A DNA stretch of 63,986 bases, filler included, from Octopus bimaculoides (Eukaryota): NCBI RefSeq assembly GCF_001194135.2. It is 5 parts of 4 records of this genome, joined end to end, with 100 filler letters (N's around TTAATTAATTAA, not from the genome) between each part and the next. Parts side by side here need not be neighbours in the genome. Positions count along the whole stretch, not along the records: positions 23,508 to 48,888 come from NC_068999.1; 4 more parts are not named here. One strand, written 5' to 3'. Every line of letters starts with the position of its first letter. Within the stretch, counting starts at the first letter, position 1. The notes under the pieces were generated by a model that worked only from the letters and a program-made list of their open reading frames with translations, did no database searches and was not told where the DNA came from. Both the position numbers and the translations under genes were made by a program. Shown here one piece after another: positions 24,514-36,204 of this stretch.

Positions 24514-25090
24514 CTATATATAAATATAATGTAGCTAGTTAGAAAATCTCTATCAGAGATGAAAGTAGTAACTATACTGAGAAATAATCTTTGTCGCCAC
24601 TTCACTGTGTCTGTCTCTCTGTCTCTTACGAACCGCCGTTGCTACCATCTTTAACCCTAAGAGAATGCTTCCTCTAGCTGGTTATTGATGTAATCGACAT
24701 ACCCCTTCACCCGCAGTTACTGTCCTTGTGCGAAAATTTGAAATCAAAGTACGGTAATTAAAACAGCATTACTATATGTTCCACACGTATCAAGCAGAGT
24801 GCTCTCAATACAATTAACTTTACTGGTTGCTATAACATTACTATATCTCGCAAATTACCCTCGATTTATCAGCATTACTAGTTACTCTACATTCAATACG
24901 TGGAGTACGTTCAATAGATTACAAAACGATCCTCTACAATTATACATGGTCCAAAGCCTGAGTTCAGCTCTGTTGTGTGACGGTGTACTGAAAACAATAA
25001 CGTTATTGTTGCTTCATTTAACCCTTTCTGTCCGCCCTGCAGATTGTATTGTATAAGTTCCACCCCGCTCTCTCTCTCTCTCTCTTTCCC

Positions 25091-25141
<51 letters not shown>

Positions 25142-25849
25142 GCCTTAAACTCTTTCTATTCAAAAGGTTTTGCCAACCTTTTAAGTTTATGTGATGTGCG
25201 TCGATAGCCTAGATTCAGAGAAGAGTATTATACATACATACATACATACATACATGCACACGTGTGTCGCGCGCGCACACTCATATACAATTCATACATA
25301 GATTTAGGTAAAACATTTACTGTGTAAGTCCTTTTGACTTTAGATGTTTTTTTTTTATTTTTGTTTTCGCTTTGCCTATACGTACATACACAAATTCATA
25401 TATACATACATACATACAACATACATACATGACATTAAAAAAATAAGAATGGACAACTAATACAACCTCAAAGCTTGTTTATTACAGAATTGTATAAAAT
25501 ACAATCATTTTAACTCTCTGTCCGGCACGTGTTTCTACTGCATGGATATCCTACGATGTGGCATTCAGTTACATTGTCTTGGTTCAACTGCATTATAAGT
25601 TCATCCATGCAGCTTCATACAAGCTGTTACCACTACGAGTCTTTTAATGTCTTGAAAATGCATCCTGTATACTGTATAAATCTCAAAGAAGTGAACACAG
25701 GATATACTCATCGGGTGAAATACCGTGTTATTGTTTGCCATAAACAATTTCCTGTTTCCCATATCATTCGATTTGGTTAGTCAGAGCCTGGATTAAACAA
25801 GAGTACCTGCCTGGATAAAATATCACTATTCTTTCTTGTTACATAGGAA

Positions 25850-25990
25850 CCGTTAATCTCGACACATTTTTTCTCTCTCCGTTTTTATTTTATTTTCTCT
25901 CTACAATTTTTCTCTCGTCCGTTTCTGTCGAAGAGCGTAGGCTCGAAACATCAAAGACTTTATCTTCACCTGTCTCTGTCTTGTTTTCTG
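25850..25990 (+). mobile_element. Penelope-type pLTR fragment with hammerhead-like motif
   Basis: ctgtcga-a-gagc-gtag-gctc-gaaac-atc-aaagac. Confidence 0.45.
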
Positions 25991-26619
25991 TACATTTGAA
26001 CCATACACACACACACACACACACATACACACACACACATTATAATAATACAACGTTGGCTCTAGAGCTTAAAGAGAACTGTAGATTGCATGTTGGAGTA
26101 TGCCTGCGTGTGATGTTACATACACATGGCTAGTTATATTGTTGAGTAAATTTGGTCTGTCCATGTAAATATGTATATTAGTAAAAGGATAAGTCTCTGT
26201 ATACATTAGTATGCACGCGAGTGTCCATCTATACTATTGCTACATAGATATGCTATTCGCGACCCTACTACCTTGGTGCCTTTGTTATTAAAATGACTCG
26301 ATTCGATTGGATACTGCAAATATATGTATCTATCAACTCCTTGTAATCATATCATTTGAGCCACTAACACCCTTAGGAATTCAATAACCCACCAAACCTA
26401 CTCAGCATACCTCGCTGTGTCATTTTATTTGAAAAGAAGTGTTATGGTATTGCTATTGTGATACAAACCCTGGAAAGATAGATATTTTGTAAAGGAAAAA
26501 CAGAGGAATCTGAACTCAGGTATATGAAGTATGGAATATGTTATAGCGTTCGGCAATATGTCAAATTCTTTTGGAATTTTCAACGTTTCTTTACTTCCTA
26601 CGACATGAGGTGCAATTCA

Positions 26620-26665
26620 GTGTATGATTAAGCCGCCGCTTCTGCTGCTGCTGCTGCTGCTGCTG

Positions 26666-26729
<64 letters not shown>

Positions 26730-27020
26730 CACTGTTACTATCCCTGCCGTTGTTGCTGTCGATGATGATGATGACGAGAAGAAGAAGAAGAAGAAGAAGA
26801 AGAAGAAGAAGAAGAAGAAAACATAACGATGATGATGATGGTATGAAGATGATAATGCTGATGATGATGATGATGATAATGACCACGATTAGGTCAATGT
26901 TGATGATAATGATAATAATCATAATAACAATAATAATAATAATAAATATTATTATTATTATTATTGTCATCAACGTTGTCATCGCTCTCTTCGTTGTTGT
27001 CGTCATCATCATGATCATCG

Positions 27021-27079
<59 letters not shown>

Positions 27080-27290
27080 GTTAGCAAGCAATATAAGCTG
27101 TATAAGAATAATAATAAGAAGCGCAGCACCAAAATCAACAGAAGCAGCAACAACAACAACAACAACAACAACCCTAACGCTAACGACAACGGCTACTATC
27201 ACTAAAAACAAAGACACACAGACACACCAAGGACAACAACAGCAACAACAACAGCAACAGTAATGATAATAACACAGAAAAAGCAGTAGA
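26620..27290. repeat. Large compound trinucleotide microsatellite mosaic
   Basis: Successive (CTG)(CTA)(GAT)(AAG)(GAT)(ATA)(ATT)(CAT)(AAC) tracts. These explain the homopolymer ORFs 26617-27349. Confidence 0.95.
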
Positions 27291-27578
27291 AGGGGCAAAA
27301 AAAAAAAGAAAAAAACTGCGTATGCTGAGCACGTCGTGAACCTTGTCAAAGAAAATTAATGAGCTACTTCCCGTGGGGCAGGAACCTGAACGGAAATCTA
27401 GAAAACGAGGCTACAGGATGTTACTGTTAAATGAACTAAGATGACAACTTGCTTAACTCGTTATTAACTAATGAACGCTATACTACCACAACACAGTATT
27501 ACCATCGCTACCACTTGTACTGCTACCAACACTACTGCTGCTATCATTGTTACTACTACTTCTACTACAAGATACAAT

Positions 27579-28945
27579 AATCCTTTTTATTATAGGCACA
27601 GGGTCTAAAAATTTACGGGGAGGGGACTAGTCGATTATATCGACCCCAGTACTCAACTGGTACTTAGTTTATCGACCCCGAAAGGATGAAAGGTAAAGTC
27701 GACCTCGGTGGAATATGAACTCAGAACGTTTTTAAGACGGACGAAATGCCGCTAAGTATTTTGTCTGGCGTGCCAAAAAATCTGCCATCTCGCCGCGTTA
27801 TGCAATATAAGATAATAACTTCTAACATAGGCACAAGGTTAGATTCTGGGCGGAGGAAGATGTTAGTTGATAATAACTGGTCCCCACATGTTGGCAGATA
27901 ACTTATTTAGGCGACCACGGAAAGATGAATGGTAAAGTTGACCCAGGTAGAACTAGAACTCAAAACGCAAAGAATCGAAAGGAATTTTACATTGCCCTAA
28001 CTAATCTATGAAACCACGAATTTAATAATTCTTTCTACCAAAGGCACAAGGCCTGAAATTTAGCGGGAGGGGACTAGTTGATTACATCGACCCCAATGTT
28101 CAACTGGTACTTAATTTACCGACCCCGAAAAAATGAAAGGCAAAGTCGGCCTTGGTAGAATTTGAACTTAGAACGTAAAGACGGACGAAATACCGCTAAG
28201 CATTTCGCCCTGCGTGCTAACGATTCCACCAGCTCGCCGCCGCACCCACGAATTTGATAATGATCTTTTCTACCATTCGCATAAGACTTAACATTTTATA
28301 CAAGGGAACTAGTCAGTTTCGTCGATCTCATTTCTCAACTGGTATTTATTTTATCCAGTCCGAAATAATGAAAAGCAAGTAAACCTCGGCGGAACATTGT
28401 TATTATCATTGTTGACAGAATCATTAGCACACCGGAGCAAATAGTTAGTGGCATTTCGTCCCTCTTCATGTTTAGTGTTCACACTCCGCCGAGGTTGATT
28501 TTGCCTTTTTTTATCCTCTAAGGTGGTGAGCAGGCGGAATAGTTAATGCTTTGCGAGATTTCGTCTGTCTTTACGTTCTGAGTTCATATTCCGCTGAGGT
28601 CGACTTTGCCTTTCATCATTTCGGGGTCAATAAAATAAGTACCAGTTGAGCACAAGGGGTCGATGTAATCGACTAGCCCCTCCCCAAAATTTTAGGCTTT
28701 GCGCCCTTAACAGAAAGGGTTATTATGGCGGCGAGCTGGCAGAATGGTTAGCACACCGGGCAAAATGCTTAGCAGAATTTCGTTCGCATCCACGTTCTGA
28801 GTTTAAATTCCGCCGAGGTCGACTTTGCCTTTCATCTTTTCGAGGTCAATAAATTAAGAACCAGTGAAACACTAGGGTCGATGTAATCGACTAGTCCCCT
28901 CCCCAGAAAAAATTTCAGACCTTGTGCTTTTAGTAGAAACTATTA
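27579..28945. mobile_element. Cluster of seven SINE family A copies (four minus, then three plus)
   Basis: Copies at about 27579-27797, 27815-27985, 28024-28241 and 28258-28395 (-), and 28415-28515, 28521-28715 and 28726-28945 (+). Confidence 0.88.
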
Positions 28946-29229
28946 TTATTACCATCGTTGTTGTTGTGTCGTCGTTGCTGTTGTTGTTGTTTTTATTACG
29001 GTATAGTGCGAGTAACTTGAGGGAGAGGTGGGTAATCGAGGATTATTTCAAAGGGACTCTTTCTATCCATTTGCTTTCTGCATGGTTCTAGTTACACAGT
29101 ATTTAAACCAGACTGGATTTGGAAACAGTCGCTATAAGAAGACAATCAACCAGCTTTTTTTTTTTTTTGCACATAGACAACCAAGGTTATGCAGAATTAA
29201 TGACACTCAGTATGAAAACTGAATCAAGA

Positions 29230-30870
29230 CTACATAGGATACTCGCTGTGAAAGAATTGGGGAAAAGGGAATCGTCTCCATGAATAGGAGCTGATTTACT
29301 TTTCCCCTATTCTTTCCCAGTAACTATCCTTCCTTGGTTTAATGTAGCAAAATGGGCTACGACGTCAGTTGCATTATAAACAAAATAAGAAAGTCATTAT
29401 TCTCTTGGAATATTTCTCTTCTAGTATGTTCTATCTTAATTTCTTTAATCTCCAATGTCGAGTTGTATTTTTAAAGAGGCACCTAATCATTTTTTGGGGA
29501 TATTGTACAGTTCTGGGTGCCACATGAATCACGAATGTGCGACAAAGCCATATGCTTTTCGTCATCGATCCATGTGAGGCATAAATATGTCATTCTTTTT
29601 CTGCAATTCCTCAGAACCATCTTATCTGTCATTCATTGTTCTATTTTTTTTCGGTAAACCTCTCAATTCCTCTCACGTGTTGATGGACGTCTTCTGCAAT
29701 AATTCCTGTGAGGAGTTTCCACATAATTAACAGACACGTAATTGGTCAGTAACTTCATTTTTAGAATTAGGCAGTTTTTTTTTCTTTTTTTTTTGTTAAC
29801 CACCCTTGTACTTCCCTCGTTGATGTGCACTCATTTAAATGCATAACTATGGTTTCAGGAAGTGTAAACCCTTTCAGTCAGCGACCAGTAGACAAGACCC
29901 GGACCAGCAGCTTTAGTACTCTCTAATATATTTTTTAATTGGTTTTTAATATTTGCTTTCATGATGTTAACGTCATTCTGTACCTGAACATTTTCAATAT
30001 TATTTTACCCCTTAATTTATCCACTGAACAAAGGGGAAACTGGGGAATCGTTAGCACGCTGGACAAAATACTCAGCGGCAACCCATCCGCTTTACGTTCT
30101 GAGTTCAAATTCAGCCGAGGTCGACTTTATTTTTTATCCTTTCGGGGTCGATAAAATAAGTACCAGTTGAGTACTGGGGTTGTTGTAATCAACTTATTCC
30201 CTCACCGGACCTTGCTGGACCATTATTACTGTTTCACGAGGTGGGGGAGCTAGTAGAATCCTTAGCGCGTCGGACAAAATGTTTGGCGGCATTTCTTCAG
30301 GCTCTTTACATTCCGATCTCGAATCTCTCGGGGTCAACTTTCTTTTTCATCTTTTAGGGGCCGATAAAATAAAATATCAGCTAAGTACTGGAGTCGACGC
30401 AGTCGACTAAACCCTTCCCTTAAAATCGATCGGATGGCAACATTTTAAACAATTATTATAGTTTGTCACCTCCCCCACCGAAATCCTCCATCAAAATAGC
30501 TTGAATTTTTTTCAGTACTCGGTCTTATATTGTCATTTCTCTCATTTTGCTTAAGAAAATAGTTGCATCTGGTGTGAGTGCAAATGGCAATTTGCCCATA
30601 TTTATTGCTTCTTTCTTTGATATTGATTTTGACAGCTTTTGCCTTGAATTTATCCTTTAATTCTTCGAGCGTTGTTCCAGTTCTTCTTTCTTTCTTTCTT
30701 TCTTTTTTTCTTACATGATAGTTTCTTCAAATCTGCTTTCCTCTTTCTTAAATTTCTTAAATTTACTCGGCTTCCATTGGCCATGGTTACTAATCTTCCT
30801 TAGTATCCACCTTTTCCACTAGTGTCCCCACTAGCCATTTTTTTCTGTTTCGTTTTTTTTTTTTTTTTGT
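29230..30870 (-). mobile_element. Heavily decayed R4/Dong-type element (pre-RT and RT), interrupted by SINE A copies
   Basis: Manual translation across frameshifts gives WKRWILRKIS..LKDKFKAKAVKI..KAAGPGLV..LKGFT..HLNECT..GWLTK..PITCLLIMWKLLTGIIAEDVHQH..LCLTWID..EIFQ..GKVNQLLFME. Confidence 0.72.
30040..30425 (+). mobile_element. Two SINE family A copies in tandem
   Basis: gaatcgttagcacgctggacaaaatac (about 30045) and gagctagtagaatccttagcgcgtcggacaaaatg (about 30247). Confidence 0.8.
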
Positions 30871-30914
30871 ATTTCCATTTTCCTCAACAATTTTACAACT
30901 GAATCAGCACTTGC

Positions 30915-31205
30915 TAATATGACTTACGTTCTGGTTTCAAATTCCGCTATGGTTGAGTTTGCCTTTAATTATTTCGGAGTCGATAAAATACTCTTTTCTA
31001 TTATAGACACAAGGCCTGGATTTTGTGGGGAGAGGGACAAGTCGATCTCATCGACCCCAGTACTCAACTGGTACTTTATTTATCGACCCCGAAGGGATGA
31101 AATGCAAATTCGACCTCGGCAGAATTTGAACTCAGAACGTAAAGACGGGCGAAATACCGTTAAGCATTTCACCCGACATGCTAACGATTCAGCCAGCTCG
31201 CCGCC
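30915..31205. mobile_element. SINE family A: partial plus copy followed by full minus copy
   Basis: cttacgttctggtttcaaattccgc (+), then cacaaggcc...gccagctcgccgcc (-). Confidence 0.8.
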
Positions 31206-31536
31206 TGGGAGTTGATAAAAGACTACCAGTGGAGTACAGGTGTCAATGTTTTCTAACCATTCACACTGTTTGCTTTCGGTGTTTTCTAGTAACCCTAGTT
31301 CGATCTACTTTCCTCTAATTAACAAATTGTTAAACACCTAGTTCCTTCAGTTTCTGCGTATATTTTCGAAGGGTGCCTAGTTGATCTTAATCAAGGTTAT
31401 CCACACCGATTTTTCGAGTATTTTTGATGATCGCTGTTCACCATGACGCTGATGTTGCTGTTGCTGCAGTTGCTTTTGCGCTTGCTGCTGTTGTTGCTGC
31501 TGCTGCTGGTGTTGCTGCAGTTGCTTTTGCGCTTGG

Positions 31537-31570
<34 letters not shown>

Positions 31571-32125
31571 ATTGTTGCAGCTGATGATGATGACAACGAC
31601 GATGACGGCGGTGGTGTTGGTGATGGTGGAGAAATTTGCATCCAGCTCATTGCGGGAAGAGAAATATAATAATTTATGAAGATGATTGTCCAGCGTCAGC
31701 TCCTTAAAGAAAGAAAGAAAGAAAGAAAGAAAAGAAGAAAGAAAGAAAACAAAAAGTTCCTTGTTAATCAAATCAATCACCACGTCTTAGAAAATGACAA
31801 TGGGAATATACGACTGGACATTTTACATAGAGACATATTATCAGGTAGCGTATCAAACGCGGTTGATACCAATTCTTCATTTGATTAAAACAACAATTGT
31901 ACATGCATAATTTACACAGCAATATCAAATGTAATGTCGTCTGAAAGAAAGCTGATAATTAAGGAATTGCGTTGATTTCACAGCTGAGACTTGTGGTATG
32001 GCGAAAAAATGCCCATCATTCCACGTGTTTCTGAGGAATTGTAATGTTATACAATAGCACCTGTTTATTATTTGCAGATTATCCTCGATTTTTTAACATA
32101 TATGTTTCAGATTCGAGAAATATTC

Positions 32126-32545
32126 TTTTCTACTCTAGGCACAAGGCCCGAAATTTTGTGGGAGGAGGCCAGTCGATTAGATCGAACCAGTACGCAACTG
32201 GTACCTAATTTATCGACCCCGAAATTTATCGACCTCGGCGGAATTTGAACTCAGAACGTAAAGACAGATGAAATACCGCTAAGCATTTTACCTGGCGTGC
32301 TAACGTTTCTTATTTTATTACTGCCCACAAGGGGCTACACACAGATGGGACAAACAAGGACAGACAATCGGATTTAGTCGATTATATCGACCCCAGTTCG
32401 TAACTGGGACTTATTTAATCGGCCCTGAAAGGATGAATGGCAAAGTCGACCTCGGTGGAATTTGAACTCAGAACGTAGCGGCAGACGAAATACCTCTAAG
32501 CATTTTGCCCGGCGTGCTATTTCTGCCAGCTCGCCGTCTTAGAAT
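32126..32545 (-). mobile_element. SINE family A dimer
   Basis: Two units joined through gctaacgtttcttattttattactgcccacaaggggct. Confidence 0.85.
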
Positions 32546-32687
32546 CGAGAAATTTTAAGATCGATAAATTTTGTTAACTTAATTTCAAAAACATTTGTTT
32601 TCCTTCAGCAATTTTAGAGATTACATTTATCAATTTGTGTTGCCAGATTCCTGATTTGAAATCGTGTGTTGAAACTGATATTGTTAT

Positions 32688-33073
32688 ATTTCGGGATGGT
32701 CATTTGCATTTTTTTGTTTTGTTTTTGTTTTTGTTTTTTTTAAATAGATATATGCATTACATATTCGTTATTATTGTTCTTATTTTATCTTATGTCCTTT
32801 ATTTCGAAATCTTTCATCACACGTCTATGACCTCTTCATTGATTCTTCCATCCGCCTATTTCCGCCATTCAGACAGAATGGACTAAATAGAACAGAAAGA
32901 AAAACAAGGATGGAAGATTTGCTGAAGAGGGTCACAGACGTGTGACGACAGATTTCCAGACAATGGACATAAGATAAAATAAGAACAATAATAAACGAGT
33001 GGAGAACGAATATATATTGCGTGTGTTTATTTGGCAAGGAAAAAAAATGGAAAATGACCATCCCGAAAAATAA
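32688..33073. mobile_element. Fold-back element: two inverted copies of a Penelope-type repeat with hammerhead remnants
   Basis: Left arm 32688-32853 and right arm 32908-33073 are reverse complements (for example ttattgttcttattttatcttatgtcc). The same family occurs at 43955-44225. Confidence 0.7.
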
Positions 33074-33159
33074 AAATAATTTTGTGAATGTTTTCCAAAA
33101 TTAGTCAGAAAGGAATTTTTTATGTATTTTTTTCCCGAATGTATGAATAACAAATACAG

Positions 33160-33370
33160 TGACTGAGCTGGAAGAAATGTTAACACTCCGGATAAAATGC
33201 TTAGCGGCATTTCTTCTGGCTTTACGTTCTTGGTTCAAATTCCGCTAAGGTTGACTTTACCTTTAATCATTTCGGTGTCTATAAAACACTATCAGTGGAA
33301 TACAGGGGTCAATGTAATCGACTAGCCCCCTCATCCAAGATTTCAGTCTCAGTACCAATAGTAGAAAAGA
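33160..33370 (+). mobile_element. SINE family A
   Basis: gagctggaagaaatgttaacactccggataaaatgcttagcggcatttc...atcgactagccccctc. Confidence 0.8.
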
Positions 33371-34364
33371 ATCTTTATTCCATCTGTTTTTTTTTNNNNN
33401 NNNNNNNNNNNNNNNNNNNNNNNNNNNNNNNNNNNNNNNNNNNNNNNNNNNNNNNNNNNNNNNNNNNNNNNNNNNNNNNNNNNNNNNNNNNNNNNNNNNN
33501 NNNNNNNNNNNNNNNNNNNNNNNNNNGGGGGGGGGGGTTCTTGCGATGTCAGGAACACGTCACTAAAAAAAATCACGTGTCATTTTGCATTTTGTCCGTC
33601 ATTTCATACGTCCAGAAGTTGGTAATTGTTGAATCTTTTTTATATACACTTTTTTTTAAGTCTACCAGACCGAAAAGAATCGATTGGGCTTTTTCCATTT
33701 TTTTTTCCTTCTCGTCCTTGTTAGAAAGACTTTCAAATTTTGTTTTGGAGAACACATATCTTATAAATATAGCATCACCTTCCACGTCTGCAAACTGAAA
33801 GGGGCAGGTGGGACGTGATTCACCAAATCCTGTGCAGCATGTGGAAAGGAAAGAAAACGATTTTCAAGCGTCCAAAGTTCAAAGTCTAAACACTTATACT
33901 CTTGCTGTTACGACAAACAACAGTCGCAGGAACAACGACAGCAACAACAACAACAAACAAACAAACAAGCCAACAACTATGCCAACGACATTAACAAAAG
34001 CAGTAACAGCAGCATCAATGCCAGCAAAGATGTTATTATGCTCATGAAAGATGGGGGGGGGGGGCAGTATTTTCATCGATGACAGTTCAGAGGGCATAAA
34101 CTTCACGTTTGCTATAACGGCAAATGAGAGTAATAGGGAAAACATCAACAATAACAGCAACAACATCAACACTAACAAAAGTGAAAATAGCAACAGCAAT
34201 GATAAGCAGTGGCAGCACAGCAGTGAGAGCAGCCAAAACCACTTCTTTTGCTTTCCAATTTTTCTCACTCGACAAAAGGCATCAACAAGCAAGAACAGGG
34301 AAAGCTCATTATACTGTGACACCTACACCAAACAGAATGGAAAACAAGTCTCTGTAGATGCTTA

Positions 34365-35065
34365 TCGACGAAAAGACACGCGTTAGATTGTGTCATAGAA
34401 AACGAACTTTTTTTTCGAACAACGAAAAAAACAGAGAAACGAGACATGCAACATAAAGAATACACCCCTTCTTCAGTTGTCCCTGTTTCATCTACTCCGC
34501 GTTTCGAAGGCAAGGACAATACGCGACTTCGTTGAAACAGACCTTCCCGCAAAGCAAATTAAATAAAATTTGGGATTTTTGGCGGAGGCTGAAAGTGTTA
34601 ACAAGAACAGGACAGTGAGAACAAGATAGTAAAAACAAACGGTGAGGGCTGTTGAGCCAAGGCGATAGAAAAATTATTATAAACGCTAGGTAGACGAGCC
34701 ATNNNNNNNNNNNNNNNNNNNNNNNNNNNNNNNNNNNNNNNNNNNNNNNNNNNNNNNNNNNNNNNNNNNNNNNNNNNNNNNNNNNNNNNNNNNNNNNNNN
34801 NNNNNNNNNNNNNNNNNNNNNNNNNNNNNNNNNNNNNNNNNNNNNNNNNNNNNNNNNNNNNNNNNNNNNNNNNNNNNTCCACAAAAAATTCCAAATGTTA
34901 TTTAATTTTCTTTGCGGGAAGAACTGTTTCAACGAAGTCGCGTATTGTCATTGCATTCGAAACGTGGAGTAGATGAAACAGGGACAACTGACGAAGGGGC
35001 ATACTCTTTATGTTGCATGTTTCTCTGTTTTCGTTTTTATGTTTTCGTTTCTCATTGTGTTTAAG
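34365..35065. mobile_element. Penelope-like element with inverted terminal repeats around a gap
   Basis: 34410-34582 is the reverse complement of about 34883-35060 (gtttcatctactcc.cgtttcgaa..caa.gacaatacgcgacttcgttgaaacag). Confidence 0.65.
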
Positions 35066-35212
35066 GTTTTTTTTATGTCCTGTACCCGTATATGCATGTA
35101 TATATACATATATATGTAGGTATGTACATATATGTATGGATATATGCATATATTTATATATTATTTGTATCATTATATGATCGAACGCCACGCATCTTTT
35201 TCCAAGTAAGTT

Positions 35213-35213
<1 letters not shown>

Positions 35214-35290
<77 letters not shown>

Positions 35291-35306
35291 CTATATATAG
35301 ATAGAT

Positions 35307-35360
<54 letters not shown>
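35214..35360. repeat. Palindromic microsatellite (TATC)n-ctatatatag-(ATAG)n
   Basis: The two tracts are reverse complements around a self-complementary 10-mer at 35291-35300. Confidence 0.92.
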
Positions 35361-35361
<1 letters not shown>

Positions 35362-36164
35362 CAACAGTATCCGAACCTATTTAACCTTTTATTCAATAAA
35401 TTGGTTGAAATGTACAATGTGGGCGAACTGACATGGCTGTTCGTCGGCAACAGTGTTACTGGTAAATTTAGGATGGCTTGTAGGTGTTAATAAGCTTAGT
35501 TACTGTGAGCAGTGGAACAATCTGACGTTTCGGACTAAATTATTTCGATGAGGTGGTCAAGTAATGATGCTTGTTACTACTCTTACTCCTTGTGGTAACA
35601 AGATTTATTGATAGCTAAATTCAATAACTAGTCGGGTTCATTCTATACAAGCAGGTGGTATGATGAAAGAGATAACCCAGATATGGCCATCTCGTTTATT
35701 ATGATCATCAAAAACTCTGCCGGTACGCTACTACGGAAGTTCGCGGTCCATTGCTGCCCTGTTAGCTGACGTCGTCCAAAGAACGTCGTTGTTCGTGCTC
35801 GTGTCTTCCGCGATCGATCGCCCGTTTTTTAAAAGTCTGTTTTGAGTGTCGGACAAAATTGCTTCCCCTATTTGTTATGTTCTTTATGTTTTACATTCAA
35901 ATCACGCAGATATCAACTTTACCTTTAATTCATTAACTGAGACTGAATTCAGTATATGTCCAAGGTAGTGGACTGGTGTAATTGTTTGACTGTTGTATAA
36001 GATGCTATGCGGTCTATTTGTGAGCTGAGTTCAAACTGTACCTCTTAACATCAGCTTCTTCGTGGCGGGAAACAAACCCTCCGGGAACAGGGTATGCATC
36101 GGCCGTCAGTGCCAGAAGGAGTAGGGCGTCGGTTGGAGAAACATCAGGTCGATGAGTGGACCCT

Positions 36165-36204
<40 letters not shown>

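Noticed and set aside
26617-27349. Homopolymer-rich ORFs (poly-L/M/I/D)
   Set aside because: Translations of trinucleotide microsatellites; open in several frames and on both strands.
27579-28945. CRISPR-like or regularly spaced repeat array
   Set aside because: Eukaryotic context; the repeats are full SINE copies of variable length and orientation, without constant spacers.
31397-31783. Ala/Ser/Leu-rich overlapping ORFs resembling antifreeze or low-complexity proteins
   Set aside because: Cryptic (GCT/GTT)n repeat with a short internal duplication, open on both strands, with no splice or homology support.
33573-33785. 70-aa minus-strand ORF preceded by an acceptor-like tttgcag
   Set aside because: Contains long A runs, has no recognisable homology and ends in a stop without supporting features.
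34935-35010. CTGACGA/GAAAC words in the inverted Penelope arms as a hammerhead
   Set aside because: I could not build stems I-III in a valid order; the same applies to ctgatga at about 8365, 38496, 48703 and 50212.
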